A DNA stretch of 64,000 bases from Spirochaetia bacterium (GCA_965225855.1 CBDDCK010000004.1:32001-96000), one strand, 5' to 3'; counted from the stretch's first letter, positions 1 through 9,659 are shown. Notes: generated from the letters alone by a model not told the origin. Numbers and translations: made by a program.

Positions 1-806
1 TTTGGAGTGAGTATGCTAAGTTTTATCATGCTGAATGTTATTACGATCATGATAATGGGTGTAATAATACTGACAAATTCAAAACCTATAAAATGAACTA
101 CAGTAAGGGCTATTAGCTGATATAATAAGCCAATCGTAATAGCAAAAGGTAAAACTTCGATAAAGGTTTTATAGCTCTTTTTATTTGAAGTATTGGCTAT
201 TATTAATGTAGCAACCAATATAGTCGGTATCAAAAAACCGCAAAGTAAATCAATTTGTACTAGTTTTTGGGCTATTTCTAACAAACTTTCTTTGCTTATT
301 TGTATATTGGATAAACCTACTTGAATTGGAGTCCCCACCGCACCAAATGAAACTGGCACACTGTCGGCAATTAAAGCAATGGCTGCACTAATAATTGGTT
401 GAAACCCTAAAGCTAGTAATAATGGGGCCACAACTACAGCAGGTGTACCAAAACCACTGACACCTTCAATCAAGCTACCCAATAGAAAGGCAATCAATAT
501 TACTTGTAAGCGCATGTCTTTGGTCAAATCACAAAACCGTTGGTTAATAGCTTCCATAGCTCCGGTTAGTTTTAACACATTTAATAATATAATAGCCCCA
601 AACAAAATCAATAATATTCCCAAAGATTTATGTATGCCTTGTATAATAGAAGCAAAGATAATTCCTAAGTCCATACCCCAATAGAAATAGCTAGCAATAC
701 TAACCACTATAAAGGTAATCAACATACCATTGCGTGCCGAGGTCTTTAGGAATACTAATAATACTAAAGGCAATATAATCGGTAAAAAGCTGATTGCTAA
801 GTACAT
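1..806 (-). CDS. lctP: L-lactate permease (LctP family), 5' part; runs off the window start
   Basis: Not in ORF track. Manual translation from ATG at 806 (RBS AAGGAG): MYLAISFLPIILPLVLLVFLK...LIEGVSGFGTPAVVVAPLLLALGF...ADSVPVSFGAVGTP, matching the LctP EG.SGFGTP and FGAVGTP motifs. Confidence 0.85.
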   Translation of the reverse strand, partial: MYLAISFLPIILPLVLLVFLKTSARNGMLITFIVVSIASYFYWGMDLGIIFASIIQGIHKSLGILLILFGAIILLNVLKLTGAMEAINQRFCDLTKDMRLQVILIAFLLGSLIEGVSGFGTPAVVVAPLLLALGFQPIISAAIALIADSVPVSFGAVGTPIQVGLSNIQISKESLLEIAQKLVQIDLLCGFLIPTILVATLIIANTSNKKSYKTFIEVLPFAITIGLLYQLIALTVVHFIGFEFVSIITPIIMIVITFSMIKLSILTP

Positions 807-1124
807 AAAATAGCTCCTTAAAGTCAATTTTCTATATTTTTATCTTAGAATTTAGATTATTATAGCTTGATCCTAAGATATAAATTTTATAAAGGTTTGC
901 TAGTTATCTATAGAAAGTATAATATAACAAATTGATAAAAATTATTCAACCAGTAATAAATTTAATAATTTTTTAGCTAAGCTATGGTTTTCGCAAAATA
1001 ATTCTATAATTTAGGTTTTTTTATGTAATCAAGGGTTGTATGTTTTTTTATTTTTTTTAATATCCATTTACTCGATAATATAGATTAGAGTACAACAATA
1101 ATCATCAGTAAAGGAATTGATTTT

Positions 1125-2111
1125 ATGAAATTACCAAATAGTTTGCACCGTTTGCAAATAACAGCAATAGCAAGCATATTGGCGGTATTATTGGTTTTAG
1201 GGTCTTGTGTATCGAATAAAAATTCTCGTATAAAGCAACCTGCAGAAAACCAACCATCAGACCCGCAATATACTGCAGAACAACAGAAAATTATTGAACA
1301 ATATCATAAAACTGAAATAAAACTCGCTGGAGCATCGAAAGATTTGGCCCGCACTTATAGAGCTTTTGGCAATCCGGAAGCCGAAAAAGTAGTTATCTAT
1401 AATCAAGGTGGCCCCGTCCCAATTTTAGAGATTGATGATATGGCTTTCTTGGCCCATGACTTTGGCGTAGATATGCAAGATGTGCTCATTATTCACATGC
1501 TACAGCAAAATATGTTGCAAGCAGAACAACTAGCCAATCAAAGCATTAGCTTTGAACAAGCAAAACAAATTGGCCAAAACAGCTTACAGATGTTACATAA
1601 TGTAGTTATCTTTTTGCAAAGTAAAAACCGCCAAGTTTCTTTATGGGGTAGTTCTTACGGGGCATTTCTAACAGCCGGCTATTTAGCTACTTATGATAAC
1701 AATCTACATACGATAGTTATGGCTGTAGGACGCCTAGATATGCCTGCCGAAGTTTGGCAGCCGTTTAGTGAAGGTAGTTATGTTCACTTTGCCGAAGATG
1801 GTCAAACCATTATCTTAGAACCAGAGGAAGAGCTGGAAGAAACCGATGCCACGCCCTATTTGCATAGTAATTTAGCCAAAATTGCTGCAGGTTTTGGCTA
1901 CAGACGTTTTACTAAAGAGCTTGCCGGTAAACAGCTTAGCAATGTGCTATATATATATTCTTTAGTCGATCAAAGTGTTGGCAAACTTACCGAAGCTGAA
2001 CTAGCATTTTTAAAAGATCATAATGTTGAGGTTATTCCATCGAATAAAAGCCATTCAGAAGCTGAATTAGAACATGCCGAACAATTGATAAATTTCTTAT
2101 TGGGTAACTAG
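1125..2111 (+). CDS. Lipoprotein with alpha/beta-hydrolase fold
   Basis: Lipobox-like LGSC; QGGP oxyanion-like motif, GSSYG nucleophile elbow, Asp (LVDQSV) and C-terminal His (KSH); RBS AAGGA. Confidence 0.65.
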   Translation: MKLPNSLHRLQITAIASILAVLLVLGSCVSNKNSRIKQPAENQPSDPQYTAEQQKIIEQYHKTEIKLAGASKDLARTYRAFGNPEAEKVVIYNQGGPVPILEIDDMAFLAHDFGVDMQDVLIIHMLQQNMLQAEQLANQSISFEQAKQIGQNSLQMLHNVVIFLQSKNRQVSLWGSSYGAFLTAGYLATYDNNLHTIVMAVGRLDMPAEVWQPFSEGSYVHFAEDGQTIILEPEEELEETDATPYLHSNLAKIAAGFGYRRFTKELAGKQLSNVLYIYSLVDQSVGKLTEAELAFLKDHNVEVIPSNKSHSEAELEHAEQLINFLLGN

Positions 2112-2324
2112 ACCGTAAATAATAAATATTAAACCATAAAGAATATAATATTTTCTTTTGTCTTTGTTATATAATTTTTATTATGGTTTTATATAATATT
2201 TTTACTCTTTTTGAAAGGTAGTTTTTGTTTTGGAAATACCATATTTAAAAAACGAAACTATCTTATTTTTGTTTTATTGCAAACAATATTTGTGCTCGAT
2301 AAATATAAAATAGATGTTTTGATT

Positions 2325-2975
2325 ATGGTATTAAATAGTATTACAGGTATTTTAACGCAGAAACAAAGTAGCTTTGCTTGTTGTCAGGTTGGCGGTATTG
2401 AATGGTTGCTAGCTATGAGTGAGCAAAGCTTGTCTATGCTACCGGCTATCGGTAGTGAAGTTTGTATTTATACCCAACTTAAATTGAGTGAAAATAGTAT
2501 TGTCCTTTATGGCTTTACTAGCTATCAAGAACGCAGTTTGTTTGAATCTTTGGTGTCGGTTTCGGGTATTGGGCCTAAAGCGGCATTGGCTATGCTTTCT
2601 AAAGCCAAAGTAGGAAATTTGGCGGCTGCAATTATTGAAGGTGATGCCCAGTTTTTAAGTACATTGCCGGGCTTAGGTACGAAGACCGCACAAAAAATTA
2701 TCTTACAATTGGGGGATAAACTAGCCAAACAGCTTTTGCAACATAGCCCCAACCAAGCGGAAACTATAGATAACAAAGCCGCAAATAAACAATTACCAGA
2801 GTATTACCAAAAGCAAACTGAATATACAGAATTATTGAATGCCTTAGTGGCGATGGGCTATGCAGAGCCAAACTGCCGTAAAGTGCTAGACCAACTATCC
2901 AATCATTGGCAACAAAATAAGCCAGAAGAAGGTGAGCAATTACGCCAAGCCATTGTCGGTTTAAGTAGTGTATGA
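2325..2975 (+). CDS. ruvA: Holliday junction branch-migration protein RuvA
   Basis: LYGF...ERSLFESLVSVSGIGPKAAL, PGLGTKTAQKIILQL HhH motifs, C-terminal ALVAMGY; ATG 2325 preferred over TTG 2211. Confidence 0.93.
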   Translation: MVLNSITGILTQKQSSFACCQVGGIEWLLAMSEQSLSMLPAIGSEVCIYTQLKLSENSIVLYGFTSYQERSLFESLVSVSGIGPKAALAMLSKAKVGNLAAAIIEGDAQFLSTLPGLGTKTAQKIILQLGDKLAKQLLQHSPNQAETIDNKAANKQLPEYYQKQTEYTELLNALVAMGYAEPNCRKVLDQLSNHWQQNKPEEGEQLRQAIVGLSSV

Positions 2976-4264
2976 ATCAAAAACAACTATATCAATTGCC
3001 GCCTTGGTTTTATTTGAGCAGTGAGGCTTTGCATAAACTGGAGCGAAATTTACTGCGTTTTGCCCGCAGTTTTCGTTTGAGCCATAGCCAAATAGAGCAA
3101 CTCTGTAAAATGGCAAAAGATTTATCAGATTGGGGGGAAGTTAGTTCCTTAAAAGAATTTTTAAGGACTCAAGCCGAAAGTTTGCGTAGTTGTGATTGGG
3201 ATAATCCACAACCCAACAAGCGAAACCCACAACAACGCAAGCAGGCAATGGCTGACTTGGCTAGCTTTTATCAAAGTAAGCAACAGCTATTACCGAATTT
3301 TCAACGCAGTGTGCCCAAACCCAAGGTGCCCAAATATCGTTTTGAGGTCTTGGAACAAAAGGGCCAGATACTTGGTTCTTGCCCAGTGGCTTCGGTCAAA
3401 ACTCGTTGTTGTAACTTGCTAACTTTAGATGCCATACAACAATGTGGCTTTGGTTGTAGTTACTGTGCTATTCAACATTTCTACGATGATAAAGCTATCC
3501 AATTCCGAGGAGACTTTAGCCAAAAGCTAGAACAATTAGAGCTGGACCCGGAAAAATATTATCATATCGGTACCGGTCAATCATCGGATTCACTGTTGTG
3601 GATTGAAGGTTCCGGAGTGCTAGAACCATTGCTTAACTTTGCCCGTAAGTATCCCCGCGCTATACTGGAATTTAAGAGCAAGTCTGCCAATATCAAGACT
3701 TTTCTGCAAAAAGATCTAGCCCCGAACATGCTTTTTACTTGGTCTTTAAATCCGGATAGCTTTATTCGCCATGAGGAAGCCCTTACCGCACCGTTAGATG
3801 CTCGTTTGCGCGCAGCCCGGCAAATGGCTGACCGAGGGGCAAAAGTTGGTTTCCACTTCCACCCAATTGTACGCTATCAGGGTTGGAAAACCGAATATCG
3901 CGAGCTGGCCCAAAGAGTAGGAGAGTTATTTGATTCTAATGAAGTAGTTACAATTTCCTTAGGTACACTTACGTTTAGTAAGTCTGCCTTAAAGACCATA
4001 CGGCAGAAAGCCGAGCAAACCCAGATATTGCGCTTTGCGATGGAAGAAATTGCCGGCAAGTTTTCTTATAGTTATCAGGCTAAAAAACAAATGTTTTCTC
4101 TAGTGTACCAAGCTTTGCAGCCTTGGCATCAAAAGGTATTTTTCTACCTATGCATGGAAGACCCCGCCCTATGGCCCGATGTTTTTGGCTACCAATACCC
4201 CAACAACCACGCCTTTGAACAAGATATGCTCACCAGCTACGCCGATAAAATGGGTTTAACTTAA
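2972..4264 (+). CDS. Radical SAM protein, spore photoproduct lyase (SplB)-like
   Basis: CGFGCSYC cluster motif, HIGTGQSSDSL, LEFKSKS, WSLNP, GFHFHPI, YLCME; ATGA overlap with ruvA stop. Confidence 0.8.
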   Translation: MNQKQLYQLPPWFYLSSEALHKLERNLLRFARSFRLSHSQIEQLCKMAKDLSDWGEVSSLKEFLRTQAESLRSCDWDNPQPNKRNPQQRKQAMADLASFYQSKQQLLPNFQRSVPKPKVPKYRFEVLEQKGQILGSCPVASVKTRCCNLLTLDAIQQCGFGCSYCAIQHFYDDKAIQFRGDFSQKLEQLELDPEKYYHIGTGQSSDSLLWIEGSGVLEPLLNFARKYPRAILEFKSKSANIKTFLQKDLAPNMLFTWSLNPDSFIRHEEALTAPLDARLRAARQMADRGAKVGFHFHPIVRYQGWKTEYRELAQRVGELFDSNEVVTISLGTLTFSKSALKTIRQKAEQTQILRFAMEEIAGKFSYSYQAKKQMFSLVYQALQPWHQKVFFYLCMEDPALWPDVFGYQYPNNHAFEQDMLTSYADKMGLT

Positions 4265-4488
4265 AGTATAATTCAACTCTACTTTATCTAGTTACTAATC
4301 TATTTATATGATACTTTATTCATCTATATATCTAATATAATTTTTTAATATATGATTAAACTAATATTAAAGTATTATACTTCATTTTTAATAATAAATA
4401 AAAATGAAATTTTTATGATGATTTTTTGTAAAAATGTCTTTATTCATTTTTGATTTAACCGATAATATCCACAACAAACTTAAAGGAG
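4202..4488 (+). repeat. Direct repeat L, copy 1 (radical-SAM gene 3' end + AT-rich leader + RBS)
   Basis: Aligns with 7960-8290; the last 43 bp (4446-4488) are identical to 8248-8290. Confidence 0.9.
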
Positions 4489-4494
4489 ATTTTT

Positions 4495-4725
4495 ATGAAA
4501 GGTATAAATTTAGATAGGGTAATTAAATCAATAGGAAAATCATGTTTGATTGATTGTTATGAAATAGCAAGTCGTAAAGGTGAGAATTTAACCATAGATG
4601 ACTTAATTCAATATCACCAAATACTAAAAGGTCAAAAATATAGTGGTCTTTGTACTCGTCTATCTCAAATAAAAAGGCTTTATCGAGAAAGGCTTTTAGA
4701 TAGTGCTATATCTAGGGTGAAGTAA
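4495..4725 (+). CDS. Hypothetical 76-aa protein
   Basis: ATG with strong AAAGGAG RBS; no recognised family. Confidence 0.6.
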   Translation: MKGINLDRVIKSIGKSCLIDCYEIASRKGENLTIDDLIQYHQILKGQKYSGLCTRLSQIKRLYRERLLDSAISRVK

Positions 4726-4786
4726 TTGATAAATTGGGATAATAGGAAATATGAACGTTACATAATTAAATTTTTAAGAGGGTTAA

Positions 4787-6145
4787 ATGAAAGACTTTTT
4801 ATGTGTAAAGATTACTAAGACTAATTTTAAGGAAAAAATACTTCCTTATGAAGATTTGTTAAAATATGAAATCTTGTATAAATGGAAATCAAAACGAGAT
4901 ATTGATTATGTTGTAGGCATATATGATAATATGATTCAAGCTGTATATAAGGTTTCTGGTTATGATATTGAATATGCTAATGAAGGAGAATATAAAGGTG
5001 AGCGGAGAAATTATTATCCTTATGGTGAACTAGATATAGATTTGACAAGAGAATTATCTGGCCGAAATGCATATGAATTAGTGCAAGGAAAGCAAAATCC
5101 AGTTAGTTATCATTCTTTAGAAATATTAAGTAAATTGCCAATATTAGACCCATCTTTTTGGCAAATCGTAATTAAAGAAGGTAAAGATTATATAAGCACA
5201 ACCCAAACACTAAAAGAGCAGCTCAAAGAATTAGTTAGAGCTAACCACAACCTAGTATTAACCGGAGCACCGGGTACGGGTAAAACCTATCTGGCAAAAG
5301 AAATTGCAAAGGAAATTACCGAAGGTGTAGATGGTGCAATTGGTTTTGTGCAGTTTCATAGTTCCTATGATTATACCGACTTTGTCGAAGGTTTGCGGCC
5401 GTTTATTACCAAAGATGGGCAAAATAGTTTCAAATTGCAAGACGGTATATTTAAGGATTTCTGTAAACGAGCAGCAAAAAATGAAAACCAAAAGCAGAAA
5501 TATGTATTTATTATTGACGAAATAAACCGAGCCGAACCGAGTAGAGTTTTGGGTGAATTATTCTTTGCCATAGAGCCCGGCTATCGTGGTGTAGAGGGCA
5601 AAGTAAAGACTCAATACGCCAACTTAAACCAAGAAAAAGATAGAATGTCTTATAAAACAGAAGGCAAACTTGAAAAATTAGAGCCCGGTTATTTCTATAT
5701 ACCGGAAAATGTCTTTATAATTGGCACGATGAATGATATAGACCGCAACGTCGATAGTATGGACTTTGCCATGCGCCGGCGCTTTGTTTGGAAGGAGATT
5801 CTAGCTAGTGAGACAACCGAAATGTTGGATAGCACAGATGAAGACAATCGAAGAATCTTAACGCCTGAATTAGCCCAGCAAGCCAAAAACCGTATGACGA
5901 ACCTGAACAACAATATAACCGAGGTTTTGGGAAGTACGGCTTTTCATATTGGCGCAAGTTATTTCTTAAAGCTAAAAAATTATAGTGGCGACTTTGGCCA
6001 TTATAATGGCGACTTTGGCCAATTATGGGATCTACACCTAAAGCCCTTACTTTCCGAGTATTTACGCGGTATGCCGGATTCTGAAGATAAGTTAAAGACT
6101 TTGAAAAACAGCTATGATGGCATAGTAGAAAATCAAGATAGTTAG
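4787..6145 (+). CDS. mcrB: McrB-family AAA+ GTPase, copy 1
   Basis: GAPGTGKT Walker A, VQFHSSYDYTDFVEG, IIDEINRA Walker B, GTMNDIDR (McrB NxxD), DFAMRRRF, IGASYF. Confidence 0.92.
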   Translation: MKDFLCVKITKTNFKEKILPYEDLLKYEILYKWKSKRDIDYVVGIYDNMIQAVYKVSGYDIEYANEGEYKGERRNYYPYGELDIDLTRELSGRNAYELVQGKQNPVSYHSLEILSKLPILDPSFWQIVIKEGKDYISTTQTLKEQLKELVRANHNLVLTGAPGTGKTYLAKEIAKEITEGVDGAIGFVQFHSSYDYTDFVEGLRPFITKDGQNSFKLQDGIFKDFCKRAAKNENQKQKYVFIIDEINRAEPSRVLGELFFAIEPGYRGVEGKVKTQYANLNQEKDRMSYKTEGKLEKLEPGYFYIPENVFIIGTMNDIDRNVDSMDFAMRRRFVWKEILASETTEMLDSTDEDNRRILTPELAQQAKNRMTNLNNNITEVLGSTAFHIGASYFLKLKNYSGDFGHYNGDFGQLWDLHLKPLLSEYLRGMPDSEDKLKTLKNSYDGIVENQDS

Positions 6146-6222
6146 TAATTGTAAAAATATTTCTAACCCAATTATTACATATTCTTTGTTTAGAAATATC
6201 TAATAATTGGATTGCTGGTATT
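6141..6222 (+). repeat. Direct repeat R, copy 1 (post-mcrB imperfect hairpin)
   Basis: Aligns with 9659-9740; CCAATTATT...AATAATTGG inverted arms. Confidence 0.8.
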
Positions 6223-6326
6223 TTGTTTATGGATTGATTATTAACTACTTTACAGTAGATAACAAGGTATATTTAAAATCAATAGAGCAGATTAATAGGT
6301 AGCTAGTTACTTTAAGCCATAGGTTT

Positions 6327-7397
6327 TTATTGTTGTTTGTTGGTTTGTATGCCTAAAGATTGGAGTATACAATTTGTATCATCATTGGGTAGGCAATAAT
6401 CTTTGATAAGCGGTTTTAATTTATTTTGTTTTAAATAAGCCTTTCTTTGTGCCTTGTTAATTAGCTTGTAGTGAAACAAGGTATTGAGAATACATTCCAT
6501 AGAAATAGTATATTTTTTGTAGGTTTGTACTAAAGTTTGTTCTAGTTGTTGGTTGGTTTGCAGTGGCTTGGTTGTATTTAGTTGGTCTTGCGTTAGTAAT
6601 AAGTAACCGGCAAATTTATTGGCAAAGTCTTCATTATCATCAAATAGCAGGTGGTACAGTTCATGCCCTATGGTGAAAAATATTCTGCGTAAATGTTCGG
6701 TATAATTAGAATAGACAATAATAGTAGGAATATTGCCATTACAGGCAAAGCCCGATAGACCATCAATACAAGGGTGCGGCGCTTTGCTTTTAGATAATAA
6801 AGCAATGCCATATTGAGCTAAAAACTGGCGGATATACCTAAGGAAGCCTTTATTAGCACGATTGATTTGGTTGGCAAAGTTCTTAATGGCGTTCTCAAAT
6901 TTTTGATAATCTAAGTTAATGCAATTTTGCGCTTGCTGCTTTAATAGTTTAAATGCAGCCCCATCTATGTTAGATTCTAATTGCTTGGCTTGTTGGGCAA
7001 TATCGGCTTTTTGTTGTTCTGTGAGTATTTCATAGATATTGAGCTCTAAGTTTTTCAATGTTCGGGCATTGATATTGGCAAAATCTTGATGCTGTAAGTC
7101 GATACTTTTATCGCGGTTGTATTGAATGGCAATATCGTAATCATAAGTTTTGTACTTATCTTTGATTTGTCCTAGATATTGATGGAATTGAAGATTGCGA
7201 AATAAACTTTTATTGTTGTACCATACTTCATAGTTTTCTATAATTTCTTCATCTTCATAATCAAAGTAGCGATCTTTGTAGAAACCTACTTGAAAATCTT
7301 TACAACCAGTTTGCTGGGCATAGTCTTTTAGTTCAGAACAAACAGCATAGATAGTTTGGAACATCTTTTGTTTTTTGGCTAATTTAGTAACAGGCAT
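6327..7397 (-). CDS. ImmA/IrrE-family zinc metallopeptidase domain protein with uncharacterised N-terminal region
   Basis: IDGLS...PTIIV...RRIFFTIGHELYHLL...EDFANKFAGYLLL is the typical ImmA/IrrE (DUF955) HExxH and E..AN.FA signature; no N-terminal HTH seen. Confidence 0.8.
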   Translation of the reverse strand: MPVTKLAKKQKMFQTIYAVCSELKDYAQQTGCKDFQVGFYKDRYFDYEDEEIIENYEVWYNNKSLFRNLQFHQYLGQIKDKYKTYDYDIAIQYNRDKSIDLQHQDFANINARTLKNLELNIYEILTEQQKADIAQQAKQLESNIDGAAFKLLKQQAQNCINLDYQKFENAIKNFANQINRANKGFLRYIRQFLAQYGIALLSKSKAPHPCIDGLSGFACNGNIPTIIVYSNYTEHLRRIFFTIGHELYHLLFDDNEDFANKFAGYLLLTQDQLNTTKPLQTNQQLEQTLVQTYKKYTISMECILNTLFHYKLINKAQRKAYLKQNKLKPLIKDYCLPNDDTNCILQSLGIQTNKQQ

Positions 7398-7828
7398 TAT
7401 GATTTATCCTTTTCTGGCAAGCTAAAATCTTTAAAGCATTCTAGTTTATTTAATAAATTGAGTATAGCAATACATTTTCCCCAAGTTTCTTTATCGTTTT
7501 CCAAAATACTGGGCTTATAGTCGGCAAGGTTTCGATATTTTTTGAGTCTTTCAATATTATCTTTGTGTTTTGCATATTGATTTGGATTTTGTTGGCAAAA
7601 AGTTTCTATTATATTATGGTGGGTTTTCTTTTTAGCCTTTTTTTGGTTAGTGGTTTGGTTATCTGGTGTTTGCTGCTCACTCACTACAAAGCATATTCTT
7701 TGATACACAGCATAATACAACCGACTAATGGCAATATGATATTGTTGCTGTGTTATAGCCCAACAACAAACCCCAAAGCTATCTTGAGATTTTTGTCTTA
7801 AATCTATTTTATTGTGCATAATAATCAA
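7397..7828 (-). CDS. HEPN-domain protein (putative RNase toxin)
   Basis: AISRLYYAVYQ, THH and LKKYRNLADY match the small HEPN family pattern SR.YYA...H...R..ADY; stop overlaps the next ATG (TAATG). Confidence 0.78.
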   Translation of the reverse strand: MIIMHNKIDLRQKSQDSFGVCCWAITQQQYHIAISRLYYAVYQRICFVVSEQQTPDNQTTNQKKAKKKTHHNIIETFCQQNPNQYAKHKDNIERLKKYRNLADYKPSILENDKETWGKCIAILNLLNKLECFKDFSLPEKDKS

Positions 7829-7959
7829 ATACTATACCATATCTATAATAACAATCAAATGGAAATTTTCTTGTATTTTATAAAATATCAAGATTCTTTA
7901 ATACATTACATAATATAACTTACTGATAGAAATATAGTATTATTACTATGTTATAAACT

Positions 7960-8290
7960 AACAATCACGCCTTTGAACAATATATGCTAAGCAGCTATGC
8001 CGATAAAATGGGCTTACATTAAATTATAATTTAAGCCTATTATATTAAACTACTAATCTAATTATTCAATACTTTACTAAGCTATATGCCTAATATTGCC
8101 TTTAAAGATATGATTAAACTAAACTAAAACTATTATAAAGCTACTATACTTAGCCATTAAAAATAAAATCAAAATATCATCATTGGTTTCTGAAAATAAT
8201 TTAAAATAGAATTTTTATGATAATTTTTTGTAAAAATATCTTCATTTATTTTTGATTTAACCGATAATATCCACAACAAACTTAAAGGAG
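7960..8290 (+). repeat. Direct repeat L, copy 2; begins with an orphan copy of the radical-SAM gene 3' end
   Basis: 7960-8022 reads NNHAFEQYMLSSYADKMGLH* versus NNHAFEQDMLTSYADKMGLT* at 4202-4264. Confidence 0.9.
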
Positions 8291-8297
8291 CTTTCTA

Positions 8298-9659
8298 ATG
8301 GAAACAGAATATATTAACAATCTTAATAATATAGTAAATGGTAATGAGCAGACAATTGCTGTATATTCAAGACTTAAAGATCAGAAAAAATTTATATATA
8401 ATGGTTCTAATCGCAAGGTCTATGATAAGGATAATAAAGGTGATGGTTATACAGGTTGTTGGAATATAAGTAAAGATGCAGTTTCAAATATTATTGAGAA
8501 AGATTATAGATATTCATTCATTATTATTTATATGGAAGAAGAATCTAAAAACGTTATTTATAAAGCTGTTATATGTAAACTTGAACTTGATAATCCAAAC
8601 TATTATTTAATCCGCTTTAAATCATGTAAACGTTTAGGTACAACTAAACAAAATTGGTTAAAATTTTCAGGAGATAGAGAACCTATAAAATACTTTCCGA
8701 TCAAAGATATTGGCAACCCACAACCAAAACAAATTCAACCCCAAACACTAAAAGAGCAGCTCAAAGAATTAGTTAGAGCTAACCACAACCTAGTATTGAC
8801 TGGGGCACCGGGTACCGGTAAAACTTTTTTGGCAAGGGAAATTGCAGAGGAATTGACTCAAGATTATGATGGTGCAATTGGTTTTGTGCAGTTTCATAGT
8901 TCTTATGACTATACCGACTTTGTCGAAGGTTTGCGTCCAGTAGCTAGTAATGAGCAAGGTGGGGCAAATGGTTTTGCCTTGCAAGATGGTATATTTAAGG
9001 CCTTTTGTAAAAAAGCTGCCAAAGACCACAATAACAAATATGTATTTATTATTGACGAAATAAACCGAGCCGAACCGAGTAGAGTTTTGGGTGAATTATT
9101 CTTTGCCATAGAGCCCAGCTATCGTGGTGTAAAAGGCAAAGTACAAACTCAATACGCCAACTTAAATAAAAAACCAATGGCTTGGTATGATGATAAAGAA
9201 GGCAAACTTGAAAAATTAGAACCGGGTTATTTCTATGTACCGAAAAATGTCTATATTATTGGCACGATGAATGATATAGACCGCAATGTCGATAGTATGG
9301 ACTTTGCCATGCGCCGGCGTTTTGTTTGGAAAGAGATTCTAGCTAGTGAGACAACCGAAATGTTGGATAGCACAGATGAAGACAATCAAAGAATCTTAAC
9401 GCCTGAACTAGCCCAGCAAGCCAAAAACCGTATGGCTAACCTGAACAACAAAATAACCGAGGTTTTGGGAAGTACGGCTTTTCATATTGGCGCAAGCTAT
9501 TTCTTAAAGCTAAAAAATTATAGTGGCGACTTTGGCCAATTATGGGATTTGCATATAAAGCCCTTACTTTCAGAGTATTTACGCGGTATGCCAGAGTTTG
9601 AAAATAGACTAGAAACTTTGGAAAAATCCTATAATGGCATAGTAGAAAATCAAGGATAA
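8298..9659 (+). CDS. mcrB: McrB-family AAA+ GTPase, copy 2
   Basis: Same motifs as copy 1; closely similar from QTLKEQLKELVRANHNL onward, unrelated first ~145 aa. Confidence 0.92.
   Translation: METEYINNLNNIVNGNEQTIAVYSRLKDQKKFIYNGSNRKVYDKDNKGDGYTGCWNISKDAVSNIIEKDYRYSFIIIYMEEESKNVIYKAVICKLELDNPNYYLIRFKSCKRLGTTKQNWLKFSGDREPIKYFPIKDIGNPQPKQIQPQTLKEQLKELVRANHNLVLTGAPGTGKTFLAREIAEELTQDYDGAIGFVQFHSSYDYTDFVEGLRPVASNEQGGANGFALQDGIFKAFCKKAAKDHNNKYVFIIDEINRAEPSRVLGELFFAIEPSYRGVKGKVQTQYANLNKKPMAWYDDKEGKLEKLEPGYFYVPKNVYIIGTMNDIDRNVDSMDFAMRRRFVWKEILASETTEMLDSTDEDNQRILTPELAQQAKNRMANLNNKITEVLGSTAFHIGASYFLKLKNYSGDFGQLWDLHIKPLLSEYLRGMPEFENRLETLEKSYNGIVENQG

Noticed and set aside
4465..4473. ATATCCACA as a DnaA box/oriC
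   Set aside because: A single one-mismatch box per repeat, no cluster, and no dnaA/dnaN nearby.
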